64,000 nucleotides of DNA, taken from the NCBI GenBank assembly GCA_038496445.1, contig JALMLS010000642.1, forward strand, positions 1 to 64,000, read 5' to 3'. Below, piece by piece: positions 50,326 to 64,000 of this stretch. Numbering within the stretch: position 1 is the stretch's first letter; each line of letters begins with the position of its first letter. This DNA comes from Trichosphaerium sp. ATCC 40318 (taxonomy: Eukaryota; Protista; Tubulinea). The position numbers were made by a program, and so were the translations under genes. Below the pieces are notes generated by a model, which ran no database searches, had not been told where the DNA came from, and saw only the letters and a program-made list of their open reading frames with translations.

Positions 50326-53300
50326 TTATACAAAGTGGATATCACGTAAAACCCTTGTGATCTTATTCAATGTATCATTATCCTTACAATTCTCCACATG
50401 AACCACAAGTGCTTCAAGCATTGATTCAACCCTAAAGTATAACTGTTGCATAGCAGCAACACCGAAACTTTTTTGTTTCTTTGATGAAGTTCTTATATCA
50501 ACAGGTAAAGTCAAAAGAACTTTCATCATAGCGTTAAGCCTAGAATGAGCCTGTGCTTGACTAACAGGGTTCTTTGAACGAGCTTCTTTACTTGTAGTAT
50601 GTTGAAGACGTTTAAGTTCTTGGTCGAGCATTTGAAGAGCTTGTGCACGTTTGGCATTAAGAGCTTCAGGTGTTGTTGCTCTATCAACCTATTTTAAAGA
50701 AAAAAATAAGAATTCACGTGATATCATAAGAGAGAAAAAGTACGTACACGTATATGTGAAAGACTACTATTATCACTTGCAGCAGTCTTTTGTCTAAACA
50801 TTTCTAAATGAGCTGAAACTACAGCACATTCTTGAAGAACAACAATAGATTTTCTTCGCCTCTAAACAAAAAGTTAAAAACAATAAACGAAAGTCACCTT
50901 CGTTAGTTTGTTGTACGTACACATCTAACATCGCCAAGGTCTCTCATAGATGAAACTGCTTTAATAGGTCTCTCTGGACTATTTGTTTCTGTAAGTCCTC
51001 CAAGAGATAAACTAGCTTTATGACCAGTCATCTTTCTTGTATCTGGTGGCTTCATCGCCATGGGACTACTACTCGTTCTCATATTGTTCGATCTTGGTCT
51101 TTGTATATCTGACTTTGATCTCTGAACTTCAGCATCAGTGTCCGCAGCTGATTTTCTTCTGTTATCACTAGGTGCAGTTTTTACAAGCTTTGCTAGTGTT
51201 GGGGCAGTTGCCGATTTTTCTATAGTAGATTGCTTTTTCTCAGAAGGTTTCTTCTCCGAAGGCTTTTTTTCAGCAGCTTGTGAAGGCTTCTTCTCAGAAG
51301 GTTTTTTCTCAACAGCTTGTGAAAGTTTCTTTTCAGAAGGCTTTCTTTCACCAGCTCGCGAAGGCTTCTTCTCGGAAGGTTTTTTCTCAACAGCTGGTGA
51401 AGACTTTTTCTCTGATGGCTTTTTCTTTGTATTATTGGAACTAGCCTTTGATGTTTTTTTGGCTTTCATCAAGTCACTGCGTGGCTCCATTATATCACTG
51501 ACATCCGGAATCCAGTCGGTGTCTTTTTGAACGGGATCATCCGCAGATACAGTGTTCCTAAACAAAAACAACGTGAGTAATACTACACTCAACTAACAGT
51601 GGAAAAAAAACCAAAAAAATCTTACCGTCGTCTTTTACCATCAGCTTTAACGTCAATAACTGGTCTTGAGTTACCATGATATGTGTCTGTACGTGCAGCT
51701 CTCGTTTCTGGTTCATCAATAAACGTAATCTTACTACGTAACCGAGAAGATTCCTTAATTCTACCAGAACCCTTTCCTGAGCCAAACACGTCCGTTTTCC
51801 TTCTAGATTTTGGAGACAAGCTTCTTCTTGGAGACCTATCCTTTTTATCCTTTTTCTCTTGTACTCTAACATTCGATACGCCTTGGTCCGAATTGCCATC
51901 TAAACAAGTAAACAACAAGAAAGAAAATAAAAGCTAAGCCAGTAAGATTTGTCACGTGCCTTTTTCTTTCCTAGGACTACCAACAAAAGAAGCAGCAGCT
52001 GCTGATAAGTCTGAAGCGCCACCACTAGAAGTGTTCCTCTTTCTGCGGCTGCTCTTTTTCTTTTTCTTCTTCGATCCACCTCTAGGTGACGAATCCTTCT
52101 TAACTCTAAAGCAAAGTAAGAAAAACATCAAGAAACGAAAACAAAAAAAAAATAAAAGAACATACCTTGGGCTCTTCTTCTTATCCTTAGATCTCTTAGC
52201 TTTTAAGCTCTTACGAGATGATCCAGCAGTACTTGACTGAGAATCAGACAATGCTGCGGCTATATCAGACAGGTTACTGCTACGAGCAGAGTCAAGGTTG
52301 CTTCGCGCTGAGTCAGGGTTTTCGCTGTGTGAATCCTCGATATTTTGTAAGAACGACAAAAACTCGTTTGGCTCCACCTTCTGAGACTTCTGTATGCTCC
52401 TTTGTGTTTTTGTTCCAAATGGCATTATTGAATCAGGGTCTATCTTTTTACTACGTCTTCCACCTCTTCCTTTAAACGAAGAACGAGAATCACCGGCTAA
52501 GGTGAGTTCGGCATCAGATGAATCAGCACTCATGATAGAAATACTGGTGGATGCATCCAATGTGTCTTCATCGTCACTAAACACTCTAGATCCAATCACA
52601 TGAGGTGACTTACGACCTGGGGAGAGCATGTCTAACGATGATCAGTGAAGAAGAGTTTTAAAGCAGTATAACGAACGAACAAACAAAACCAAAGAAAAAA
52701 AAAGGTGACAACTCAGTTTCTTTTGTTCACGTACCCGCTGATTCTCTTGGTGTTGTTAGTGACCACAACGCATCTGTTTCGCTTGAAGGAGCTGATTGGT
52801 TGACTGGCGAATTATTAGAAAAGGAAATATAACAATGAAAAGATAACACATACCAATTACAGCTGATGTCTTTAAACGGTGTTCGAAATCAGCAAACCCT
52901 TCTTTAAGGCTATCCTGTAATTCTTGTTGGCGTGATTCAGGCTCATACGAAGCGGCTATATAAAGGAGTAAGATCCTAATTCAGAATCTGATGAAACACT
53001 AACCAAATATAGCATTAACAGCAAGTGCTTTCTTTAGCGAATGTGCAAAAAGTTTAAACTCTGCAGCAAGCAATTGTATCTGTTCGTATGGCCACTTGGA
53101 TGCTGTATCATTATCTAAAAATGCGTCGAATATTGCCAATGGCCCTGCATGGACCTCTGACAAGAGTATTAGAAGCGAAGAGCATAGCAAAAACAAAGAA
53201 TAACTCCAGGTTCACCCAAAAAATAAAATTCCAACTAAAACCAGAGACGCACGCAACAGAAGACATCCAGAAAGGATTTGTTGTACTGTTTGTATTTGTG

Positions 53301-56300
53301 GTTCTTCTTCACCTAGTATTCTACCAAGTTCTTTGACTTTCTCTCTAATTTGATTGATTGCAACACCAAGAGGTGAAATCTCCGAAGAAACAGTTTCAGA
53401 AATTACAGACCGAATACTCATTAGAGGGAACGCTCGCTCTGTTTTATAGACAGTACGTCTGACGTATTGTTCTGATACTTCATTTGTTTGCGACTTTCCA
53501 GAACCTTTTGTAAAAGGTAGCTCAAGGCTGAAATCACCTAGAAAAACAGTCAATATAGTGCAGAAAAAGGTACAAAGTACAAGCAACGTAAAACAAAACA
53601 AACAAGAAAGATACATACGCATGTTGTAGTTACGTTCAAACTGAGTTGTATGATGACTATCTTCAGGTGCACTATTATAAGTACGTACAGATGCAACCTT
53701 ATTAAATGTTATTAAAACGTTGGAGTTGCAAAGGAGTATTCAAACGTACCACAAAGTAAAACTTTTTAGGATCAATGTCGGGTGATTTTGTCAATGTACG
53801 AATAACCACAACGTTCTCTTTACCAAATTTTCGTTCAAAACGTCCTTGTAGCTTAGCTACAACATCGCCCAATGTAATAAAGTTTGAATATCTGTAAATA
53901 AATTCTTTCCCATCAAGTTCAGGAGCCAACTCTTTGCAATGGAATCTAACTAACCAATACGTTCTCTTAAATCTTGATACTTGCTCAGGATTGATTATAT
54001 TAGTGCACATTGTTTGTAAATCACCGTAGCATGCTGCAAGAGACGCATAGTCCTCACGACGTTGATATATAGGTAAGAGAATACTGTAAAGCTAAAAAGT
54101 TGTGAACACGTGACCAAAATAAAGTTGAGTCGAGCAAGCTCTGAAGCTTTTCCTTACCTCAACAGCAAGTTCCCAAGCCTTTGCTTTGCGCAAGCAATTT
54201 ATAGCATCTGTGACAAGTTTCATCCAACCATCTAGAGTAAACTCACTTGAAAGACAGATTTCGTCCTTTAGATTTTGTAACGTTGATAAAACTGGCAACT
54301 TTTTTGTTTCTACAATCAAAGTAAACGAAAACCAGCAAACTATAAAAAAAGCAACATACCTTCAGCTGAATTTATCTTTGGACATACAGAATCAAGAGCT
54401 TCAGTTATTTTATCATCATGAGCAAATAGCCTTCTTCCAAGAATACTCAAGTATTCTTTTACGAGTATAGCTGCCATTACTCTAGCTTGAGCAGCTTCCT
54501 CATAGTACTCATGCTAAAAAAAGTTACAACAAAGCGAAACCAAAGCACTACATAATCACGTGATTGAGGAAAAAAACGTGCCTGATTCAGAAAAGAGTAT
54601 AACTTTTGTAACCAAGCAATACGTGCATCGGGAGAGTCTTTCAATCGCCTACTAAGACCATGTACTAATGATGCTACTGTCTCTGGATCATACTCATAAT
54701 TTATCATCATATCATAATCAGCAATGAGCTTATCAGCTTTATCTTTAAGTTCTTGAAGGTGCGTAGATATAAGAATGAATGAATTATCATGTTCATCGTC
54801 ACTTTGAGAATAGTGTTGATGAACAAAATTCAAGCCAGCCTTAAGATTAGAGTAATCTTTCTATTAAAAAAAAAGACACTTAGTTTTTCAAACCTTGTAA
54901 CAACGTTACCTTAAGATCACTTCCACCAATGAACTTTGTAATGGCCAATATTGTTTGCAACTTGACACGAGAAATATTACCTCGCTCCTTTAAGTTACCC
55001 TATTGAGAAGAAATTAGTTATTAGATATTTCTACTGGTGTCTTCTTATTATTTTACCTTTAACAGTTTTATATACAATGTCAATGCTCTCATACGTGTAT
55101 CAGCAATATTAGAGTTTAGTTTACTAACAATCTCATAGCATAAATCTCCAATAATTGGAGTGACTTGCTTAAAGTACATATTTGAAAATCTATCAATAAG
55201 AGATGCCATGTGCTTAAAGACAACAGCGTATATGAGTTTACTCTGAGGTCTTTCAAGAACAGCATTAAATGTCTCAAAGACAACATTGAATAGCTCCACA
55301 TTATCGTCTAACAAAGTCAAAAAGAAATGGCTCAAGAGAACTCTGAAATGTAAAGTTTCCTTTTGAGGGTTTTGTTTTGCGTACCGAACTTTTCCTCGTT
55401 GTTCTTTATATAATTCAGAGTAACATCAACAATGACAAGACTAACACTCTCATTAAATAGTTGCTCTTTCTTTACTTCAGCGTTAAGCAATTTAGCTTCA
55501 AGCTTTATGGTATCATCTGGTTCTTCTTCAAGTTTTGTAGGGTTATTCATCATCAAAGAAAGTAGCCTTGATGTTGCTACTCTGGAAACCTTTGGTATAT
55601 CACTTGATTCCTTAGCTTGGTGTTTACTAAAAAAAGAAGAACGGGTAAGTACAAGAGTGCAAACAATCCGGAAAATCCATTTTCAATAAAAGTAAGCAAC
55701 TCGATTTTTCAAAAATCAAAACAACAACGTTTAACTCAACGTGTTGACACTTGCTCGCTGCTCAAGAAGCGTGACATAAATATATGTTTTCTAGTGCAAT
55801 ATCTTATTAAAATAAAACAAATTACCTTGCAGCACCACCTCTCCCTCTTCGTCTATTCTTCTCACTTACCACTATTTTTTGAATATCTGTTTTTTCTTTT
55901 GTTGAATCATTTAAGTTATACTTAGACGTAGCAACACTTCTTCGTTTCCGCTTTGTCTCAGCCTTGCCCTTATACTACATAAAAGTAAGTTGCATATTAC
56001 ACAGTACCATCAATGGACAAACGAAGCCAGTAAACGCACCCAAAAGAAGTCCTGTGAAACTCTTAATATTTTGAAAAAAACAGCAAATGCGTTTGGTGTT
56101 AGTGAGTCCAGGAACTGTAATCGCAAGGATTCTGATAGATTATTGATAATATATAAGAAACAAACAAGCATAGCACGCATAGTGTCCTTGTGTGCTTTTG
56201 TCTGTGTTCTTGTCTCTACTTGATTAAAATTCGATAAAACCTACAAAACACGTGTTAGTCCCACCTGAAGATTCTAGAATAGCATCGCAGATGCAAAAGT

Positions 56301-59300
56301 ATGGTAGACAAATAGATGCCTGTTTAAAAGTATACAAACAAATGCAAAGTTTCACGTACTGTTGTGAGGTATGGAATGAACATTGCTACTATTCTACGCC
56401 TTGAAAAGTCACTTTGATAACGTTCATCACGATCTAACCGCCACAAAATATTTCTACAAAAAGTCAGGTGATCTAGACAATCTTTTGACCCTGGCCACGT
56501 ACCGCAATGAGTACACTGCAATTTCAATGTATTCCATAGTGTTATCATGCATAGCGATAGACAATTTAACAACTTTGAGAAGTGTACCAATGAGGAAATG
56601 TTTTCGCCTTTAAGAAACAGTGAGATTACAATAACCAAAATTACAAAATAAAGCTATTTAAACAAACTGCCTCTAAGAATCTTAAAATAACGTACTCAAG
56701 GTCATTTATCGATAAAAGGGATGTTGTAGTTGGTAGATTCAAAGGAATAAATAATGGATGCTCCACCAATAGCTCCATGAGGAGAAATTTTAACAGTACA
56801 ACTTTAGGGTTATCATTTTTCAAATTATTTACAAAGCAGTGCAACTAGGAGCATAGTGAGTTAGTATAAATACAAATATGTTTTGATAAACTTACGCATT
56901 GAAAAGCAACACCACGGTTGATAATAGATAATAAATCACCCAAGAACTCTCCAAGGTTTTGTACAAATAAACGTAAAATATCACGATTAAATTCACCAGT
57001 TGTCAAATGCTCATATGTCTTGCTTGCGAATGACTTAAATAAATCAAAGAGAGCTCCTCTGAGGTCATCTCCAACAGGTGCAAATACTTTAGGCGATTGT
57101 TGCGCTACAAGAGTTGTCAGTAACAGACACTGGTTCAACACTTCAATGACGTGATTTCTTTGTACTAAAACTACGTACAATAAGCGGCCTCTTTGTCCAG
57201 TACAATAGACTTTACAATAAGTCTAAAGAGGAATCCTGAATTGAGTAACAAGTTTTTTTCTGATTCTCTATCTAAAGCGCTCACAAATTTGACTCTAATA
57301 GAAAACATAAGTAAGCTGCAACGATTAAAAAATAAATAGCAAAAACAAAAGACTTACTTGTAGTTCAACGCAGCGTTCCATTTTTGAACAAGTTTAAGAT
57401 GTAATCCCTCTGGAGGCGTGCAAACATATTCAACATATGATTCTACTATACTATCCTGAACAGCAGATCCATCTCTTGCCCTACACAAAGTTAAGACGAA
57501 AGCTCAAATAAAAGATAAACATCACATGATTAGGACTTACATTGAAACAACGTTTACGAGCGTAATAAGTGCATCAACTGATTTTCTTAGCGGTTTTACA
57601 GCGCATACGTAATAAAGAACCAGGTCTACAATCATAGGAAAGAATAATACAATTTGGGTATGAGAGGCTCTAGCAAGACCTTGAATAGCCTAAAAACAAT
57701 CCGATTAACAAAAGTCAAGGCAACCAATAATGTCGTACACCATGAATCTCATCTGCGTGGCTACTTGGGCTGAGCTTTATAGAGTTCAAAAAAGAGCTGA
57801 CTAGCGGATCAGTAGGCAATACTGAAGATTGTATTCTTGTTGTGTAAGTGAATAACAGTGATTGGCCTTCAAGCCACTCAACATCTTCTGGATCGGCTGA
57901 TAAATAATTTGAAGGTAACTTTTTAGCAATAGGCAGAGATCCACCAGGAAAGAACTCACTACATCAATACACAATCAGATAACTAAATAAAATAACGAAA
58001 TACTTACGTAGTCTCGCCACTAAGAGGAATAATACTATAACCAAGAGCAACCTAAGCTTGGAGTGAACACTGAAATATGATCAAAAAAAACAAAAAACAA
58101 TTGTCTTGTGTTTCGCAGGGCGTACTCTGAAAGCTTTCTTTGTTTCCTTCTTTGGATTTATGTGATGAAAAGTACATAGTAAATGTAATTTCTTACTGCG
58201 AACAGCAGGTAAATCTATCTTGAATTCATCAAAGAATCGAGGCTTTTTCCTGTGATAAGAAACAGAACTTTGTACAATAGACTGTCTTGCTTCAGTTGTA
58301 CTACCACCATAAAATAAAGGTAGCCCTTTAGCAAGTATGTCGTTATCATCTTCAAGAAGGCGAACTTCAATGTATATATTCTTCTTGCCCATAAACTCTA
58401 CACGCTGTGGATAGAAGTACAATAGATTCCTGTAGGCGCAATGTGGGTATGCATCTAAACAAAGAAGAAATAAGCACACAAATTTAAAAACATTATTTTT
58501 CAATCACGTGAGGAGTAAGTATTTCACGTGTTAAATTAGTATTAGGTTTTTTATCATTACGTACCAACGCCCTCTCTTATGAACTCCTCAGCTTCTACTA
58601 CCACTGGATTTTTTGCAGAAACAATAGGTAATAAAGGAGCATGCTGAGAATCTAGTGTCGCTGCAGTTGCAGCTTCGTCATCCTTTCTGACTCGCAACCG
58701 AAGTTCTCCATAAACAGACTTGCTCTTTTTATTTATCCTTATGTCTTCTAATATTTCTATAATTCAAATTAGAACACTAAACTCTTGTGCAGGTAGCTAC
58801 TGGTAGTTCCAGAGACAAAAAAAAAATCAAAAGAAAAAATGTACTTGCCTTGTATATCAGATCGTACAAGCCTTATTTTTTGTAAATTGACAGGATCTTC
58901 TGTATCACCAATAAAAGATCCATTGCTATCAAATAGAGGATGATTTGCACACATAAAATGTTGTTGAAATTCACGAAGATGAACAACAGAATCAAAAATA
59001 TCATTAACAAATTTTGACTTTTCTTTTTCTTTCATCTACTTAGAAATTAATCATCTTATTACTAAAAACGCTATATAAATATACGTACGCCTGGAGCAAT
59101 AGAATAAGGCTCTGACTCAACCGCACCACGAAATACGCGGTCAATAAAGACTAATAAATGCAAATTTTCCATTTTATCACGTGGTGTAATATGAAAGACA
59201 CATTGCCTTGAAAAAATGGTTAAATACGTTAATGACAGATCTGAAAAATTGTATACAAGCGTCAGATTCTTTTGAAAATAAGTATAATCAAATAAATGGA

Positions 59301-60544
59301 CACAGTTCGAATTTGGAATTTGTGGTTCAAAAAGGTGGTAAAAAATTAAGCTTCCACAACAGTAAATTCACATGCTTTATGTGCGCCATATAACCAGTTT
59401 GAAGGATGAAAAAATCAAAAACAATACAGAAAAAATTCGTTTACCTTGCACGTCCCACGTGAGATATTTGAGCAACTTTATCTGTAATACCAATAGCAGA
59501 TAACTGTTCGCTACTATTCATCTGGAACTGGAAGTCTTCTGAAACCTTTTCTTTGGCTGCTATATCATAAATAGCAGCAGTACAAAAAAAAGGTTCATGA
59601 ATCCCAAACTCAAAAGAAAGTCCAAGTGCTTGTAAAAGAATAGCATGTGCTCCCCTGATTTGAAAAAGAAACAGTTAGTACTACCAAAAAAAATACAGAG
59701 GTCTCATTGCAGCCGAGTTAAACAAGACTAGGAAGAACTATTGCAAGTGGCACGGTAGCGTATTAGAACATTAAATTGGCAATCATCGGTTTTAACTTGA
59801 ATGCAACGGACAATATTCCGGAAGGAAGGTATAAGAAGGAGCTAAAATACCTCCAAAAAGAGCAGTTGATGTACTTAAAAAAGACGTACAATTTCGCTTT
59901 ATAACTTCGAAGATTTGGTGTTGCGCGTAATGTTTCTGGTTCACTAAAAAACTAGTGTCAATAGATGCCCGTTGCACTGTAGATGTGTGTTTTATTTTTT
60001 TTACCTCATATGGTGACTCCATAGTAATGCACGTTTTACTTTTGCCTAAAAGTAATAAAAAATAAGTAAGCGTGCTCGTAGTGTAATTCACATGCGTGAA
60101 CGCACCATTCGTTTATCATTAAAAGTGTTTAGGTCTAGTAAGTCCAAAACTTCTTTACTGGCATCTCCTTGGTTAGGACTCTCGTATTCAGGCGTTGGTA
60201 GCTTTGAAAAAAGCGCTTTGGCATTTTTGATAGCTGTTGTCCTACTAACTACTGAAACAACCTTCCATGTATCCACAGAGAAGTGAGCGAGTAACCGACC
60301 GATGTGTGACTTTGTGCTTTTCAATTCTTCGTCCTTTGTAGCAAATATTTAGGCACAGGGCGTGTACAATTGTTTTAAAAAGGCGTACAAACAAGTTATT
60401 GTTACCAACACTCCGCCTCACTCGTGGTGTGTTCGTAATATCAACGAAAGTGTCTGATACTGCCAAGTTATGTTTTATGAGCGTTTCTGAGCGCTTAGTG
60501 CCTGTTAGGGCTTGCTCATAGCTGTTAAAGTTTGGTTGACTCAT
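50326..60544 (-). CDS. DOCK-C/D (zizimin-like) Rho-family GEF with DHR1 and DHR2 domains and a long low-complexity C-terminal extension
   Basis: GIHEPFFCTAAIYD; DHR1 YRNLLYFYPQ...FFDEFKIDLP...HLLCTFHHI; DHR2 SPDARIAWLQKL, YEEAAQ, LDGKEFIYR, FSLELPFTKGSGKSQ...RRTVYKTERAFP, VHAGPLAIFDAFL. Confidence 0.92.
51225..51430 (-). repeat. Coding minisatellite, about 39-bp unit (EKKPSEKKxSxAx), about five copies, in the DOCK tail
   Basis: KKPSEKKSSPAV-EKKPSEKKPSRAG-ERKPSEKKLSQAV-EKKPSEKKPSQAA-EKKPSEKKPSEKK. Confidence 0.85.
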
Positions 60545-60871
60545 GATCGCGTTATTTGTACTACACAAGCATTCCCCAGCCTTCGAAGTACTTTCGTGCA
60601 CGCGTGAAATAGTGTTGACTACAAAAAGGTCGCAAATACTTCCAAAACAAAACGACTATAGTAAAAAGGCTACAAACGAGCTTCAATGGTAGAAAATAGC
60701 CATGAAGGGTCAATACAATAACAAAAGGCGTTATAGGTCTGTAATCAATGTTTAGCTAAAAGAACGCTTACGAAGGGATATAATACACTACGCGCTTCGT
60801 AAAACGAGCGCTAACCGCTGATCTACATAATTTCCATAATTTTTATTTCGGAAAGTCAAAATAATGATGTT

Positions 60872-63800
60872 CTACGACTTTTGAAGCTGGCGACTCACTA
60901 AAAAACAATTATTTACAAACAAACAAAAATCAAAAAACTGCACTACTGGTTTTCTTGTTCAAAAAAGTTGGCGTACCGAGCTTAGTGTATAACCCTCCTT
61001 TTGCTAATAATTCTGTATGTGTTCCCCTTTCTACTACTCTACCTTGATCTATAACTACAACTTCATCCGCTGTCTTAAAGAAGAAATCAGAACCAAATTA
61101 TTTATTTTTCTTTGTTTATCGAGAATTATTAACGTACTTGAACCGTACTCAGTCTATGTGCTATTACAAGTACTGAGCGGCCTTCTTTGTCTCTTAATAA
61201 TTTATCAAGAGCCTCTTTAACAAGATACTCGCTTTCTGAATCAAGAGCACTTGTCGCTTCATCCAGCAGTAAAATTTTTGGATCTATAATTATGATTTAG
61301 AATGTATTGACCAAACTGGGAAGTCATCTTTTAATACGTACTTCGTATCAACGCTCTAGCAATAGCTACACGTTGTTTCTGTCCACCAGAGAGGCGCACA
61401 CCGCGTTCGCCAACCTTTGGAAAAGACTAAGACAAGAACACATATTTTTCTCTGTTTGTATATTACCTTTGTATCATAGCCGTCTGGGAATTCTAATATA
61501 AAGTCATGTGCATTTGCCATCTTGGCAGCCGCTACTACACGTTCTCTTTTATCTGCCTCATCTCTGAAAAAGGATTCTGGCATGCCATACGCGATGTCTG
61601 TACACAGGCATCAACAAAAACGTGAAAAGAAAAAACGTACTGTGGTCGATGGTTGTACTGAATAAATCAGGTTCTTGTGATACAAGTGCCATATGTTGAT
61701 GAAGTTGCACTGGATCTAATGATTTTGTGTTCGCACCATCAAGTAATATTTCACCGCTCTTAGGATAGTAGAAGAGCTAGCATTATTTTATTAGTATGCT
61801 ATTGAAAAAAGAGAAAAACTAATGTTCTTTTTACCTCAATTAAATTGGCAATAGTCGATTTTCCACCACCTGAACGACCGACTAGTGCTGTGACCTTTGC
61901 AGGACGGAGTTCTAAGTTAATACCATGAAGTACAGTTACATCTTTACGAGTAGGATATGCGAATTCAACCTTGTTAAACTTAGTTTATAAAGAGCAAAAA
62001 AATAGAAAAAGAAGGTACATTATCAAACGTGATTTCTCCATTCATATCGCTGACAGGAATACCTCCCTTAATACGAACTTGTGGTTTTCTGTCCATAAGT
62101 GCAAATACACGTTCACTTGCACCAATGGCCTACAGACTGACTCAGTTTTTCAAAAAAACTTTCGATTCTTACCTTCATAAAGTCTCCATACAACCCAGCG
62201 ATTCCACCAAAGGAGAATGCAACTGTCAATGTATACAATATAAAACTTGTAAGGGCACCAGGTGTCATCTTTTCTTTCACTACTAATGTTCCTCCATACC
62301 ACAGAACGCCAGTAATAGCTAAATTAGCAAGAAAAGCAGCGGTAGCCTAAACAATTTATCAATAAGCACGTGACTTCGGTTTCTTTTTTTTTTGGTAGTA
62401 AAGGTTTGCTGCGTACCGCAAATCCTCCTTGGAGCCATGCTCTTGATTTTGCGAGTTGGTATGACTCTTCAACTGCGCCTTTGTACTTTTCTACTTCATA
62501 GCTTTCTCCTGCAAATGCACGGACTGTTCTAACGTTCGCAAGTGCATCTTCAGCAAAAGAAGCAGCCTGTGATTGAGTTTTAAAATAGGGGAAAAAGAGT
62601 ACATTACGTACGTTTGCAAGTGCATCTTGAACTTTAGTTGAAAAAACTTTTATGTATTTTCCATAAATGAAAGCGCCAACAAATATGAGCGGAAGTACAC
62701 CTAACATTACCTAAAAAATATATATGAGCTAACACTGCTGATAATTTGTAGCGTAAAGTTGTCTGTGATGACACGTTACAGCGGTCAGAAAATCGTTTTT
62801 TTGCGGTTTTTTTTTATTTAACGGTTTTTTTCTCGTACCAGTGTCAAGTTCCATGACAGATAAAATAAAATACCTATGCCGCCAATACAATTTGCGCTAA
62901 ATCTTAGTCCCATTGATACATTTGCAGTACAAGTATTTTGTAATACAGACTAAAAAGAGAAATAAGAATAAAATGAGAAAATCTAAATGAAAAATGATTC
63001 TTGAAGATTTAAGAAAGCCACGTACACAGTCTGATGACAAACGATTTATCAACTCACCAGTCTTCGATTGATCAAAGAATCCTATCTCTTGAGAAAGAAT
63101 ACGCTCAAAAAGATTTCCACGTAAACGAGCAACAACACGTTGTCCTTTCAAAAGAAAGTTAGTCTGAGTTCAAAAAAACAGCAGATTTAGTTTTTCCTAA
63201 GTGACATATGACACTATGCTTGTCAAAGTTTGGTGTTGTAAGAGCGTACCAGCTATATTAAACAATGAAGCACGCAAGAATGTGAATACTGAGCCGATCA
63301 AAAAGAAAATAATCAAACCTATTGCAGCTTCGCCTAGTAAGCCCGACTACGCGTATTGTTAGAAGAAAAGTGCTCAAGGTACATTTACTTTTACCTTTTT
63401 CTGAACCATAACTGAATCTATAATGTTCCCCATTACCTTTGGGATCACCAAAAAACTGCCTGAACCGATTAATAATGAGATTGTGCCACCAAGAATCAAA
63501 AGCCATTCTTTCTTCGCTAATCCAAGTATACGCATGAACGTAGCGTGGTTCACTTTTTTTTTAGGTTCTTCCGCCGTTTTGTCATCTTTTTGTTTTTTCG
63601 AGCCGTTTTCTCCGTTCTACGCCGAGTTAACTAATGTTATACAACGCTACGCCATTTAAAGTGTAATACGGGTTTCGGATAATTCTTTTTTCCTAAACAG
63701 CGAAACGTACCGAATACCGTTTTAACAATGGTGCATCATCTTCATCACTCTCCTGCCAACTGTCATGAGCCATATTTCGACATTGTAAGCGAAATAGCGT

Positions 63801-63877
63801 ACCGAGTCATCGTGCCCATTTATAGGCGTATTCCGAGGTTCCAGAGGAACAACTACAGAGTCTGAACTTGTTGCCAT
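60872..63877 (-). CDS. ABCB half-size transporter (ABCB10/MDL/TAP-like), multi-exon
   Basis: [38 protein letters not shown], Walker [19 protein letters not shown], signature [15 protein letters not shown], Walker [21 protein letters not shown]. Confidence 0.93.
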
Positions 63878-64000
63878 GCTCAAGACAAAATGTCAATAAG
63901 TATTACTTGAAAACTGCGACTTTTTTAGGTTTGCCCGCTGGAATGTCCACTTCCGCCTCCGCAAACATGAAATGGCGTTTATTTCCATAGTACTCGTGTA

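Overview
Gene-dense, AT-rich (about 35% GC by eye) nuclear DNA from a non-animal eukaryote. A protist, possibly amoebozoan-like, is my inference. Introns are short (about 40-70 nt), with GTACGT/GTAAGT/GTATGT donors and an unusual number of GC donors. Most ORF-track entries are exon fragments or antisense shadows, so I assembled genes by hand and internal boundaries are approximate. Ordinary genes are a class C GPCR, ARL1, a DUF1295 membrane enzyme, an APH-family kinase, a P-loop GTPase-HSP20 fusion, a C2-C2-helical repeat protein, a Cdc123-like ATP-grasp, a Zn2Cys6 factor, CPSF5/NUDT21, an RBR E3 ligase, an acid lipase, an F-box/SPRY protein, a DOCK-C/D GEF and an ABCB half-transporter. Two accessory islands (about 9.8-18.7 kb and 39.3-46.7 kb) hold six copies of a secreted Cys-rich, dermatopontin-like gene family (two intact, four damaged) interleaved with F-box-like/MORN-repeat genes. 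The most striking structure is the head-to-head inverted pair at 39.3-46.7 kb. The two copies alternate near-identical and strongly diverged blocks, only one has an intact 5' half, and they enclose an F-box/MORN gene with 18 combinatorially varied 72-bp repeats. This is a candidate eukaryotic diversification or inversion-switch locus, and it is untested.
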